Positions 31,005 to 41,320 of a DNA stretch of 64,000 nt are shown here, one piece after another. Origin of the DNA: Candidatus Coatesbacteria bacterium (lineage in GTDB: Bacteria > JAFGND01); contig JAFGND010000057.1 of the NCBI GenBank assembly GCA_016927185.1, positions 1 through 64,000 on the forward strand, given 5' to 3'. Made by a program: the position numbers and the translations under genes. The notes under the pieces were generated by a model. It saw only the letters and a list, made by a program, of their open reading frames with translations. It searched no databases and was not told the DNA's origin. Within the stretch, counting starts at the first letter, position 1. Each line of letters opens with the position of its first letter.

Positions 31005-32225
31005 CTAAAATTGAACAATCAAGTGACAATGTATCTTATCATATAGGAAAAAACCAGGACCCCACATATCATCTCCTCTGTCAAGTTCCCAGCCTTTCCT
31101 GAATTGGAATCTTGCTCCATTATTAAATGGGAATTCAATAGCAGATATAATCCTGTTTTGAACTCCATCACTTCTGCCATCCATTCCATAATTCTCGAAA
31201 TTCACATCGCTTCTCAAATATGTGGTGTTCATATCTAGTTTCCAGAACAGATGATGATTTATGCTTATTGTTGGCAAGAGGTTTTCTCTCTTGATATTCT
31301 GAGTTTCTTTTCTGTAAAGAATTTCGTTCAGTATCTGACAGGATGCTCCTATCCAGAGATTGGGTTTCTTGAATATATAATAAAACATGGGTTCAATAAT
31401 TACTGTCTCTCTTTTGAAAAACAAGTTTTTATCTGCATCTTTGTGATCATATTCTTCATCATAGTCAAATCTATAGAATTCCCTCAGTCCAATTGCAATA
31501 TGATCTTGAGGCTGATATAAATGATATCCTTTTAATCTTACTTTCTTGACAGCTTCATAGTAAGTACTGTCTGGTTTTTCTATTATCTTGTATTCCGCCT
31601 TTGATTGTCTTGTGTAATAAAAAGAAAAAGTGGAATGTATATTTTCAGCATGTCTATACTTTGTTTCCATGAAATAAGTCAATGGATAGCTTTTGTAGAA
31701 TTTCTGTTTGCCGTCTTTGTCTTCTGAATATGACCAGTTATTATCAAAATCATTTACAATAAGCCCGGCATCAATATCTATATTTTTCTTATGCCAGCCA
31801 ATACTGTAACCATTGTCACTTTCTCTCTTTATAAAGGAAGGATATAAATGCATTGCTACTCTAGGGCCACTCTTAAATTGCCAGAATAATGTAAACTCCC
31901 TGTTTTCCTCAACTGCATCTATAAGCTCTTCCTTCTGATATCTGAATTTGAAGTTCAAATCCTCCCAGAGATTTCTCTCAATCTTCAAATCTGTATTAAC
32001 ATAAAATTCCTGCATAGAAAAACAGCCCATGCTTACCTGCATTCCGCTATTCCAGTTGTTGAAATCTCTTTGCCAATCCCAATATAGAGTTCCCATCCAG
32101 ACATCCAGGAGATATTCCATATCGTATTTCTCTGGAAATGCATATTTAGAATCCCTTGAGAATAGTGAATTAACAGATAATAAAACAATCAGGAGTTTAA
32201 GATATCCAGCCCATTTGCAATGCAT
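31005..32225 (-). CDS. Hypothetical exported protein, probable outer-membrane beta-barrel
   Basis: Signal-like N-terminus; aromatic-rich amphipathic strands; C-terminal F; overlaps the end of kdsB. Confidence 0.6.
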   Translation of the reverse strand: MHCKWAGYLKLLIVLLSVNSLFSRDSKYAFPEKYDMEYLLDVWMGTLYWDWQRDFNNWNSGMQVSMGCFSMQEFYVNTDLKIERNLWEDLNFKFRYQKEELIDAVEENREFTLFWQFKSGPRVAMHLYPSFIKRESDNGYSIGWHKKNIDIDAGLIVNDFDNNWSYSEDKDGKQKFYKSYPLTYFMETKYRHAENIHSTFSFYYTRQSKAEYKIIEKPDSTYYEAVKKVRLKGYHLYQPQDHIAIGLREFYRFDYDEEYDHKDADKNLFFKRETVIIEPMFYYIFKKPNLWIGASCQILNEILYRKETQNIKRENLLPTISINHHLFWKLDMNTTYLRSDVNFENYGMDGRSDGVQNRIISAIEFPFNNGARFQFRKGWELDRGDDMWGPGFFLYDKIHCHLIVQF

Positions 32226-32940
32226 ATTCTCTTGCTCTTTTCAGATCAGCTACAGTGTCAACACTAATTCCGTTGTAATCAGTTTTAATCAAGTATATTT
32301 TATACCCGTTTTCCAAAACCCTCAACTGCTCAAGTCTTTCTGCCAGCTCAAGCCGAGATTGTGGTAATTTAACAAGTTTCAGAAGGAAATCCCTTTTGTA
32401 AAAGTATACTCCTATATGTTTCAGATAGTGTGTCTGCAATATATCTCTATAAAACGGGATAGGACTACGTGAGAAATATAAGGCAAAATGATCTTCAGTT
32501 TCAACAACCTTGACATGATTGATATCCAGGATGGAATTGATATCACAATCCTCGGTTACCAGTGTTCCCATTTGTATTTCAGGCCTTGTTTTCATCTCAT
32601 TAACACCTTTTTCAAGGGCATCTATTGATATGAATGGTTCATCTGCCTGGACATTGACTATCAAATCTGCATTCTTGATTCTTGCTGCTACTTCGGCAAC
32701 TCTATCTGTACCACTAGGATGATCGGATCTTGTTAATTCTACTATCCCTCCAAAACCTTCCACTTCATTCTTTATTCTCTCGTTATCAGTTGCTACAATA
32801 ACCTTATCAATGCCTTTAACTTGTTTAACCCTGTCATATATCCATGATAGTATTGACTTTCCACCAATATCAGCAAGCACTTTTCCAAGAAAACGTTTTG
32901 ATTCATATCTTGCTGGAATGATGCAAATAGTTCCTGACAT
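32197..32940 (-). CDS. kdsB: 3-deoxy-manno-octulosonate cytidylyltransferase
   Basis: IPARYESKRF, HPSGTDR, NVQADEP, YFSRSPIP, LEQLR and VDT motifs. Confidence 0.93.
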   Translation of the reverse strand: MSGTICIIPARYESKRFLGKVLADIGGKSILSWIYDRVKQVKGIDKVIVATDNERIKNEVEGFGGIVELTRSDHPSGTDRVAEVAARIKNADLIVNVQADEPFISIDALEKGVNEMKTRPEIQMGTLVTEDCDINSILDINHVKVVETEDHFALYFSRSPIPFYRDILQTHYLKHIGVYFYKRDFLLKLVKLPQSRLELAERLEQLRVLENGYKIYLIKTDYNGISVDTVADLKRAREYALQMGWIS

Positions 32941-32951
32941 TAAGAAAGTGC

Positions 32952-33290
32952 CTATTCTTCAAGCAATTTATAGATTTTTACGGGAGTGTTATCATTAGGT
33001 GATTTCTCATACAATTTTCTTATCTTGTTCCAGAGAACAGAATCTCTGCTTGCTGTTATAGTAATCAGTTTTCTCTGTTTATAATCATAATAGTAAATTT
33101 GATTCTGATTTTTTTTGCTGCTTAGTTTTATTGTATTATCCATTTTCTCTTTAAGGAATTTGACAAGTGCTTTAGCTTGTTCTTTTGCTTTTTCTAGAGT
33201 ATTTAAAGAGTCTTCTGCTGCTGCTTCATTTGCCAGGATATAACTGGAAGACAGTAGTAGAATGATTATTATCAAAAAGATTTTTTTCAT
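32952..33290 (-). CDS. Hypothetical exported protein
   Basis: GAGGAG SD; MKK + hydrophobic signal peptide. Confidence 0.7.
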   Translation of the reverse strand: MKKIFLIIIILLLSSSYILANEAAAEDSLNTLEKAKEQAKALVKFLKEKMDNTIKLSSKKNQNQIYYYDYKQRKLITITASRDSVLWNKIRKLYEKSPNDNTPVKIYKLLEE

Positions 33291-33627
33291 GTATTCTCCT
33301 CGCCTTTAATATTATTGACGGTATGAACAGAAATCATTACCTGCCAAAAATAATCAAGCATAAAAAATATAAGCTAAAATCCTTTTGCTGTCAAATGCAA
33401 AAGCAGCATTTATAATATGAGTAAAACCCTTTTTCATAAACTCCAAATACTACTGGAAAATAAGGATATTGAAACAGGGAACTTTGAAAAGCTTTCCATT
33501 AATTCAGAAGCAATGCGGGATTTATCAAAAAATTATAAATATTCTACTTCTTATAGAAAAAAATTGACACAGGATTGGCTTTTACAAGCCTGAGAAAAAT
33601 ATATATTTGAAGATATTGGAGTATTGA

Positions 33628-34581
33628 ATGGGATTTTTCCAATCCATTAAAGATTCTTTGAAGAAAACCAGGGATGGTCTGGTTAACAAAGTCCAGACAA
33701 TTATTGTAACAAAAAAGAAAATCGACAACGATACCCTTGAGGATCTTGAAGAGGTTTTGATAGCATCTGATTTGGGAACAGAACCGACAAATGAGATAAT
33801 TTCAAAGTTGAAAGAGAGAATAAAGAAAGAAGGTTTCATAGAAATAGATGATTTATATGAAACTCTTTCAGAAGTAGTCTGTGATTATGTCGGAGAAGAG
33901 AGAGACTTTTTCAACAAGGATACTTTCCCTGCCAAGCCATTTGTAATCATGATAATAGGAATAAATGGAGTCGGGAAAACAACTACCATTGGTAAAATGG
34001 CTCATAGATTCAGGGCGGCAGGATCGAGTGTTTTAATAGCAGCAGCAGATACTTTCAGAGCAGCAGCCATAGAACAGCTTGAAATATGGGCTGAAAGAGC
34101 TGGAGTTGATATTGTCAAGCATAAAAGCGGTTCTGATCCTGCAGCAGTTGTATTTGATGCAATGAATGCGGCCAGATCAAGGAATATGGATGTAGTTATT
34201 ATAGACACTGCTGGCAGGCTTCATACAAAAACCAATCTCATAGAGGAGCTTAAGAAAATAAACAGGATATGTAAAAGGGCAATTCCAGAAGCACCACATG
34301 AAACTCTGCTTGTAATTGATGCAATAACAGGACAGAATGGTTTGTCTCAGGCAAAGGTTTTCAAGGAAACTATGGATGCTTCAGGAATAATAATTGCAAA
34401 ACTTGATGGAACAGCAAAAGGAGGTATAGCTCTTTCAATAAAAAGACAACTTGACCTTCCAATTGTGCTTATTGGTACTGGTGAAGGATTAGATGATCTG
34501 AGAGAATTCGTTCCCAAAGATTATGCAATGGGATTTGTTCCTAATAAAGAAATTGAGGAAGAAAATGGGAAAACTGATTGA
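33628..34581 (+). CDS. ftsY: Signal recognition particle receptor FtsY
   Basis: GINGVGKTTT, DTFRAAA, DTAGRL and KLDGTAKGG motifs. Confidence 0.96.
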   Translation: MGFFQSIKDSLKKTRDGLVNKVQTIIVTKKKIDNDTLEDLEEVLIASDLGTEPTNEIISKLKERIKKEGFIEIDDLYETLSEVVCDYVGEERDFFNKDTFPAKPFVIMIIGINGVGKTTTIGKMAHRFRAAGSSVLIAAADTFRAAAIEQLEIWAERAGVDIVKHKSGSDPAAVVFDAMNAARSRNMDVVIIDTAGRLHTKTNLIEELKKINRICKRAIPEAPHETLLVIDAITGQNGLSQAKVFKETMDASGIIIAKLDGTAKGGIALSIKRQLDLPIVLIGTGEGLDDLREFVPKDYAMGFVPNKEIEEENGKTD

Positions 34582-36433
34582 AAAAATTGATAAACCTTCG
34601 GATTTAAGGAATTTCACTATAAAAGCTCTGGAAGCTTTATCTTATGAGATCAGGGAGTATATACTCGAAGTTGTCTCTGCAAATGGAGGTCATCTGGCAA
34701 GCAATTTCGGAGTTGTTGAGCTTACAATAGCCCTCCATTATGTATATAATACTCCTGAAGATTTAATAATCTGGGATGTCGGTCATCAGGCATATACTCA
34801 CAAAATTCTGACAGGAAGAAGAGAGGATTTCAGGAAATTAAGACAGTATGGTGGTTTAAGCGGCTTTCCATCCCGTACGGAAAGCAAATACGATTACTTC
34901 ATTGCTGGACATGCCGGGACATCAATATCAGTTGCCCTGGGAGCAGCATTGGCAAGAGACTTGTTGAAAAAGAAGAATAAGATTGTTGCTGTAATAGGAG
35001 ATGGAAGTCTGACCGATGGGATAGCATATGAGGCCTTGAATTTTCTGGGTGATTTAGGAAAATCTGTCACCATAATATTGAATGATAATGAAATGTCGAT
35101 CAACAAGAATGTTGGAGCAATGAGTCATTATCTCAATAGATTGATTACCAATCCAACTTATAACAAGCTTAGAGTTGAAACAGTCGAGACATTGAAAAGG
35201 CTGCAGCATCTCGGGGCAATGGCTTTCAATATTGCAAAAGGTTTCGAAGAAGGATTGAAGAATCTTATAGTTCCTGGAATGATTTTTGAGGAACTTGGTT
35301 TCAGGTATCTGGGACCGATAAATGGTCATAATATTGAATCTATGATAGAAACATTTAATCTGATGAAAGATCAGAAAGAGCCAATGCTGATTCATGTACA
35401 AACCCAGAAAGGGCATGGTTATTATCATGCTGAGAAGGATGCAACTTCTTTTCATGGATTAGGTCCTTTTGACAGGAATACAGGAATTATAAAAAAGAAG
35501 AAAACCAAAACATTCACTGAGGTTTTCGGGGAAACTGCAATTGAACTGGGCAGCAGAAAAGAAGATCTGGTTGCAATAACTGCTGCAATGAAATCAGGAA
35601 CAGGTCTGGATGGTTTTGCAAGAAAATTTCCTGACAGGTTTTTTGATGTTGGTATAGCAGAGCAAAATGCTGTATGTATGGCAGCAAGCATGGCTGCTTC
35701 AGGATTAATTCCGATAGTAGCAATTTATTCTACATTTCTGCAGAGAGCTTATGATCAGGTAATTCATGATGTCGCATTGCAGAATCTGCCTGTTCTTTTT
35801 ACAATAGACAGGGCAGGTCTTGTTGGTGAAGATGGACCTACACATCATGGTTGCTTTGACCTGGCTTATCTTAGTGCTATACCAAATCTGACAATACTTG
35901 CGCCAGCAGTTGAAAAGGAACTGATTTATATGCTGAACTGGGCTGTTGATAATATAAAATCTCCAATTGTAATCAGATTTCCAAGGGATCAGGCTTTAGA
36001 TCCTCCATGGTTAAGTATAAACAAAAGTATTCCTCCCCTGAAATCACAAATATTGACAGAGGGAGAAGATATTGTTTTAATTTGTGTCGGGGCAATGCTT
36101 GCCAATGGCTATGAAATTGCAGAAAGTCTGAAACTTGAAGGTTACAAACCTGCATTAGTAAATGTCAGATGTGTTAAACCCTTGGATGAGGAATTTTTCT
36201 TGAAGATAGCCAGTCAATATGACAAATGGATTGTGATTGAGGAAGGCTCGGAAATAGGTGGCTTTGGCTCAATATTAAGTACATTCCTTCATAGAAAGAA
36301 GCTTATCAATGATCTTTTCATTAGAGGGATTCCGGATAAATTTGTAACATATGGGACAAGAAAAGCTTTGTTTGAAGATATAAGAATATCTAACTCAATG
36401 ATTCTGGAAGATTTAAGAAATTGGTTGAAATGA
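34565..36433 (+). CDS. dxs: 1-deoxy-D-xylulose-5-phosphate synthase
   Basis: GGHLASN, DVGHQAY, GDG, DVGIAEQ and DRAGLVGEDGPTHHG motifs. Confidence 0.96.
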   Translation: MGKLIEKIDKPSDLRNFTIKALEALSYEIREYILEVVSANGGHLASNFGVVELTIALHYVYNTPEDLIIWDVGHQAYTHKILTGRREDFRKLRQYGGLSGFPSRTESKYDYFIAGHAGTSISVALGAALARDLLKKKNKIVAVIGDGSLTDGIAYEALNFLGDLGKSVTIILNDNEMSINKNVGAMSHYLNRLITNPTYNKLRVETVETLKRLQHLGAMAFNIAKGFEEGLKNLIVPGMIFEELGFRYLGPINGHNIESMIETFNLMKDQKEPMLIHVQTQKGHGYYHAEKDATSFHGLGPFDRNTGIIKKKKTKTFTEVFGETAIELGSRKEDLVAITAAMKSGTGLDGFARKFPDRFFDVGIAEQNAVCMAASMAASGLIPIVAIYSTFLQRAYDQVIHDVALQNLPVLFTIDRAGLVGEDGPTHHGCFDLAYLSAIPNLTILAPAVEKELIYMLNWAVDNIKSPIVIRFPRDQALDPPWLSINKSIPPLKSQILTEGEDIVLICVGAMLANGYEIAESLKLEGYKPALVNVRCVKPLDEEFFLKIASQYDKWIVIEEGSEIGGFGSILSTFLHRKKLINDLFIRGIPDKFVTYGTRKALFEDIRISNSMILEDLRNWLK

Positions 36434-37515
36434 GCTATTTGAAATTCGCAAAAAACATTTTTTTCAAGAAAAAAGCTATGCCAGTTTATCTTGTTGTATT
36501 TCTTACAGAAAGATGCACTGCAAGATGCCGGCACTGTCTCCTTGGCGGAAGGATAAAGCATCCCGATGAACTGACATTAGATGAATACAGGAAATTCACA
36601 AAGACACTGGATCCAATTCTCTTTCTGCTGATTACGGGAGGAGATGTATTTCTAAGGGATGATCTGACTGACATCATACATGCATTTTATAAGAAACCAG
36701 GCTTCCTTAATCTGGGAATCCCCAGCAATGGTTATCTGACTGACAGGATAATATCTGCGACTGAAAAAATACTTTCAACCTGTCCTGAAATGGATTTTGC
36801 AATTGATATTTCAATAGATGGTTTAGGCGAAGAACATGATAATATAAGAAATACCAAAGGCATATTTCAGAAAGCAGTTGAAACTTACAAACAACTGGAA
36901 AAAATTGAAAAGAGATTTCCAAGATTTAAAGTCAATATTGCAGTTACCATAAGCAGTTATAATCATGATAAACTTGACGATCTGTATGAATATCTGACAA
37001 AGGAACTCAAGGTAAAAACCATCAATAATTTGCTTGTAAGAGGAGATCCAAGAGAAGATTGTGCAAAAGATGTAGATTTGGAGAAATACCAGGAATTGAA
37101 CATCAGATTAAGCAATGACAGCTATTGTGGAGTTTTGCCTGGATACAGAGGATTCATGATTGCTGATTTTATTAATGCAATGAAACTGGTAAGGCAAAAA
37201 GCTATATACAGGATCAGCAAGGAAGACAGGATGGTATATCCATGTTATGCAGGTCAGCTTTCATGCGTTATTTATCCTGATGGGGATGTTCAGCCTTGTG
37301 AGTTGATTGACCATAAAATGGGAAATCTGAGAGAAGTGAATTACGATTTCAGGAAGATTTGGTTTGGAATAGAAAAAGAAACCATTGTTGACTGGATAAA
37401 GCATAATAAATGTCATTGCACATATGAATGTTTTCTCACTAATAGTATTCTTTTCAATATTTCAGCATACAAGGATGTGTTGAAGGAATTATGGCAGATA
37501 AAAAAAAGGAATTGA
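36430..37515 (+). CDS. Radical SAM protein with SPASM/twitch domain
   Basis: CTARCRHC; TGG; SIDG; CYAG...GDVQPCE...CHCTYEC; ATGA overlap with the dxs stop. Confidence 0.88.
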   Translation: MSYLKFAKNIFFKKKAMPVYLVVFLTERCTARCRHCLLGGRIKHPDELTLDEYRKFTKTLDPILFLLITGGDVFLRDDLTDIIHAFYKKPGFLNLGIPSNGYLTDRIISATEKILSTCPEMDFAIDISIDGLGEEHDNIRNTKGIFQKAVETYKQLEKIEKRFPRFKVNIAVTISSYNHDKLDDLYEYLTKELKVKTINNLLVRGDPREDCAKDVDLEKYQELNIRLSNDSYCGVLPGYRGFMIADFINAMKLVRQKAIYRISKEDRMVYPCYAGQLSCVIYPDGDVQPCELIDHKMGNLREVNYDFRKIWFGIEKETIVDWIKHNKCHCTYECFLTNSILFNISAYKDVLKELWQIKKRN

Positions 37516-37575
37516 CAAAGAAATCGCATTTGAAGTTATGAGTATTGGATTTATACAGGTTATAAGGGGGATAAT

Positions 37576-40107
37576 ATGATACCTCTCGACAGGGAGTTTT
37601 GGGGATCTTTAAGAAAAAAATTGCTTGAAGCACAGATTCAAACTCAAAAAGGGAATTTCAAGGAAGCAATTTCTGAATATGAAAATCTCTTGAAGTACAT
37701 TATCATAGAATATGAGAAAAGTGTGGAATCTGAAATAGAAGAGATTCACAAGGTGAAGAAGTCTTTTTTCGGAACAGAGCAAAAGAAAATTGAAGAGAAA
37801 ACAGAAAAAGCATCTCAACCTGTTGAAAAGCAACAAATTATTGTAGGTTATAAAAAAGCACAACCTATTCAGGCAGAAAAAGAGCAAACACCCCCTCAGC
37901 AAAAGGAGCAAATTGTAATAAAAAGCAAAGCTCAGGAAATATCAAAACCAGCTGAACTGAAATCAGCTGAAACCGAGCCTGCTGATGTTATTGAACTGGA
38001 ACAGAAACCTGAGGATTTTTCCAATATTGAAAAAAGCAAAAGCCAGTTTGCTGTAACAGACAAAAAGACTACACTTCAAAGCGTTATAGAAAAAATCGAG
38101 AGCAAGGCAAAACAGCAGAAAACAGTTTTGATAAGACCTCAGACTGAAGAAATTCAGGAAGAAAAGCCAAAAGAGATTAAAGAAGAAGCAAAAAAGGATA
38201 CTCCATTGTTTCAGATCCTGCCTGTAAAGGAGGAAGATAAAACACCTGTTAAGGAAAGCAAGGCTGAAGAAAAGCAACCTTTGGTAAAGGAACCAGAAAC
38301 AAAAGAAGAAGCTATAGATGACAAGACATTCATTCTTGGAAAGCAGGAAACAAAAACAGCAGTTCCAGAAAAGAAAGAAGAAGATAAACCTGAAAAGCAA
38401 CCAGAAAGTATGATTGAAAGCCCGGATAAGGGGGTTTTTAAATTCAGGACGGATGAAGAAAAGACTTTGGAAGAAAAAGAAAAAATACCTGAAGAAAAAA
38501 AGGAAACACTAAAACCTCCTGAATCTGATAAAACAGAGGACAAAAAGGAAGAAAAAAAGGAAGAACCAATAGAAGAGAAGAAGGAACCACCTCAACCCCA
38601 GACTCCATTCAAGATTGATGCAAAGAAAACAGAAATCAAGGAAAAGGATATTGAAGAGAAGATTTCTGAAGAAGGACCTTTCAAATTCAGGGAACCTGAA
38701 AAAGCTGTCTCAGAGCAGAAAAAAAGTGAGGAGAAAAGGGATATCATTGAGAAAGTTGAAATGAAGGAAGAGAAGCCTAAAATAGAAGCTCCAGTATCTA
38801 TTTTACATAAGCTTCAAATACAGGTTATAGAGAATCCATCCAGCAAGAATTACATGGAACGAGAAGACAGATTCATAAAAGAAGTAGGATTACCTCCAGC
38901 TGTTCAGGATTGGAGAAAGATAGCTCAGGAATTTGCTGAAAAAAACGATCTCTATTCTATGGCTCTTGCTTATGAACAGGTGACAAGAATAGACGCAAAA
39001 GACAACAATGCCTGGCTTGGAGAAGCAATAGGATTTATATCAGCAGGAGATCTTCAAAAAGCGATAAATGCACTTGAACAGCTTAGCTTTGCAGAAGCAA
39101 GTGAATGTGGTTCAGCAGAACAGATAAAGGCATTTGCTGAATTCAGTTATATTAATAGCTATTTTTCATTAGGAATAAAATTCTACTACAAGCTTCCAGA
39201 AACAGCAGAGCAACAATTATCAATAGGGCAGGGTCATTTCTATAATCATCACTGGCCTGAGGCTATAAATCTTTTTTCACACTCTCTTAAATTGAATGAA
39301 AATAATCCAGAAGCCTGGTTATGGCTAGGCAGTTCATATGAAAACTGGGATACACCTGACAAGGCGGAAGAAGCATATAACAAGGCTATCGAGATAGATG
39401 AAAAATACTGGGATGCCTATATGAGACTTGGTATGCTCCTGTTGCATAGAGGAATTTTCGGAAGTGAGACCATGCGCCAGGAGAATGACAGGATAAAACT
39501 GGCTAAAGATTTATTCATGAAGGTTTTAGGAAAAGAACCTAATCATGTTGATGCATTAACTCAAATGGCATATCTGAATATAACTCAGAAAGCCTATAAA
39601 GATGGTCTGGAATTCGCAAACAAGGGACTTGAAATAGATCAAGAAAATGGTATTTTGTATTATTACAAGGGAATTGCCGAGTACAGACTTAACAAGATTG
39701 AAGAGTCTATAACAACTTTCGTTACATCTCTTGATTATTCTCCAGATAGTTTCCCGACATATTATTATCTTGGGATACTCTACAGGATGTATGCTATCAA
39801 ATCAGGTGATTTGACCTATCTGGATCACTCAGCACAGTCTTTCGAGACTGCACTATCATTTAATCATGATTTTCCAGAAGCTCAGCTAGGTCTTGCTGAA
39901 ACCCTTATTGAAAAAAATGACAAGGAAAAAGCAATGGAAGCTCTTGAAAATGCAAAAATTCTTCAACCGTCATATCTTAGAGTTCTGGATCAACTTGAGC
40001 AGCTATTAAGGAAAAAAGGTAATATTGCCAGAGCTGAAGAGCTTTCACAAGAGATTTCAGATTTGAACAAATCAGGTAAATTTTATAAGTCACCCTTTGA
40101 TTTTTAA
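37576..40107 (+). CDS. Large TPR protein with a long E/K/P-rich low-complexity region
   Basis: About 350-aa charged linker followed by many TPR repeats. Confidence 0.85.
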   Translation: MIPLDREFWGSLRKKLLEAQIQTQKGNFKEAISEYENLLKYIIIEYEKSVESEIEEIHKVKKSFFGTEQKKIEEKTEKASQPVEKQQIIVGYKKAQPIQAEKEQTPPQQKEQIVIKSKAQEISKPAELKSAETEPADVIELEQKPEDFSNIEKSKSQFAVTDKKTTLQSVIEKIESKAKQQKTVLIRPQTEEIQEEKPKEIKEEAKKDTPLFQILPVKEEDKTPVKESKAEEKQPLVKEPETKEEAIDDKTFILGKQETKTAVPEKKEEDKPEKQPESMIESPDKGVFKFRTDEEKTLEEKEKIPEEKKETLKPPESDKTEDKKEEKKEEPIEEKKEPPQPQTPFKIDAKKTEIKEKDIEEKISEEGPFKFREPEKAVSEQKKSEEKRDIIEKVEMKEEKPKIEAPVSILHKLQIQVIENPSSKNYMEREDRFIKEVGLPPAVQDWRKIAQEFAEKNDLYSMALAYEQVTRIDAKDNNAWLGEAIGFISAGDLQKAINALEQLSFAEASECGSAEQIKAFAEFSYINSYFSLGIKFYYKLPETAEQQLSIGQGHFYNHHWPEAINLFSHSLKLNENNPEAWLWLGSSYENWDTPDKAEEAYNKAIEIDEKYWDAYMRLGMLLLHRGIFGSETMRQENDRIKLAKDLFMKVLGKEPNHVDALTQMAYLNITQKAYKDGLEFANKGLEIDQENGILYYYKGIAEYRLNKIEESITTFVTSLDYSPDSFPTYYYLGILYRMYAIKSGDLTYLDHSAQSFETALSFNHDFPEAQLGLAETLIEKNDKEKAMEALENAKILQPSYLRVLDQLEQLLRKKGNIARAEELSQEISDLNKSGKFYKSPFDF

Positions 40108-40110
40108 AAA

Positions 40111-40136
40111 TATGGGATTTTTCAAGAAATCCCATA
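40111..40136. terminator. Intergenic hairpin (terminator or mRNA-stabilising stem)
   Basis: TATGGGATTT-TTCAAG-AAATCCCATA perfect 10-bp stem; U-tract on the + strand is weak. Confidence 0.5.
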
Positions 40137-40174
40137 CCTGTTTGCTATATCGATTTATAAGAGAGATATAATAT

Positions 40175-41320
40175 ATGGAAAACAGGAAATCAAATCCCAT
40201 AGATGATATTTACCGGAATTTCTTCAAATGGATAAAAGGGGTTCCTGTACATACTCCAAGACAAATGTATAATGCTCTTTCTAGCAAAGGTTATTATGGT
40301 CAGGAAGAAGCAAGAAAAAGTGTTTGTCTAATGGCATACAGACATGTTAAGAGAATGAAATACATGTATTTAGATAATATTCCAGCATGTGAATTGCCAG
40401 CCAAGGATAATTATTTATTGATTGGACCTACTGGATGCGGTAAAACCTATCTTATAGAATTGCTTTTCAGGGATTACCTGTCCATTCCCACGATAATTGT
40501 AGATATAACTAATTATTCTGAAACAGGTTACGTTGGACAGGATGTGCTTACAATTCTGACAAGACTTTTCTATGTTTCAGACATGAACATCCTGAAAACA
40601 CAAATAGGAATAGTCTGTCTCGACGAGTTTGATAAAATTGCAACTACTCAGAACAGAGCAGTTTTTGCAGGAGCGGGAACCACGAAAGACGTCACTGGTT
40701 TGGGAGTTCAAAGAGAACTACTTAAAATCCTGGAGGCTTCAGAAGTTCCAATGCCTACTGAATTTTCCCATAGTACAATGCAGGAGAGGATATTCATAGA
40801 CACGAGAAACATATCTTTTGTCGCTTGCGGTGCTTTCAGTGGATTTAAGGCAATAAGCAAGTCAAGGCTGACAACAGAAAATATTGGCTTCTCAAGAAAG
40901 AACATAGAGGATCTCAAGGAAACAGTTGCTGTTAAATATGAACAGGATGAAGTGGATAATATTGCAAATTTTCAGGAATATGGTTTTTTACCTGAGCTTA
41001 TAGCAAGATTTAGCAGGATAATTCCTTTTCAACCCTTGAGTAAAGAGATTTTACTTAAAATATTGCAATGTAATGTTATAGAGGGATTCACAAGAGAATT
41101 CAAACTTCATGATATCGAATTGAAAATTGACGAAAGTGTTTATGATTTTGTAATTAATCAAGCTATAAAGAAGGAAACTGGTGCAAGAGGTCTTCAATCA
41201 ACCTTAACAAGATATTTGGAAAACTCAGCTTTTGAAGCATTCTCAAATCCAAAAATAAAGAGAATATTCATGTACTGCAAAGATAACGAGATAAAGACAG
41301 AGGAAAATATTGATAAATAA
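40175..41320 (+). CDS. ClpX-like AAA+ unfoldase lacking the N-terminal zinc-binding domain
   Basis: GPTGCGKT, ETGYVGQDV, LDEFDKI, GVQRELLK, IGF loop and TGARGL motifs. Confidence 0.88.
   Translation: MENRKSNPIDDIYRNFFKWIKGVPVHTPRQMYNALSSKGYYGQEEARKSVCLMAYRHVKRMKYMYLDNIPACELPAKDNYLLIGPTGCGKTYLIELLFRDYLSIPTIIVDITNYSETGYVGQDVLTILTRLFYVSDMNILKTQIGIVCLDEFDKIATTQNRAVFAGAGTTKDVTGLGVQRELLKILEASEVPMPTEFSHSTMQERIFIDTRNISFVACGAFSGFKAISKSRLTTENIGFSRKNIEDLKETVAVKYEQDEVDNIANFQEYGFLPELIARFSRIIPFQPLSKEILLKILQCNVIEGFTREFKLHDIELKIDESVYDFVINQAIKKETGARGLQSTLTRYLENSAFEAFSNPKIKRIFMYCKDNEIKTEENIDK

Noticed and set aside
36430-37515. Radical SAM/SPASM protein as a RiPP maturase
   Set aside because: No RRE domain or precursor peptide seen; it is coupled to the housekeeping genes ftsY-dxs
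37609-38543. Antisense ORFs of 100-145 aa opposite the TPR protein linker
   Set aside because: Shadow frames of GAA/AAA-rich codons giving F/L/S-rich translations; the same applies to most short overlapping ORFs in the track
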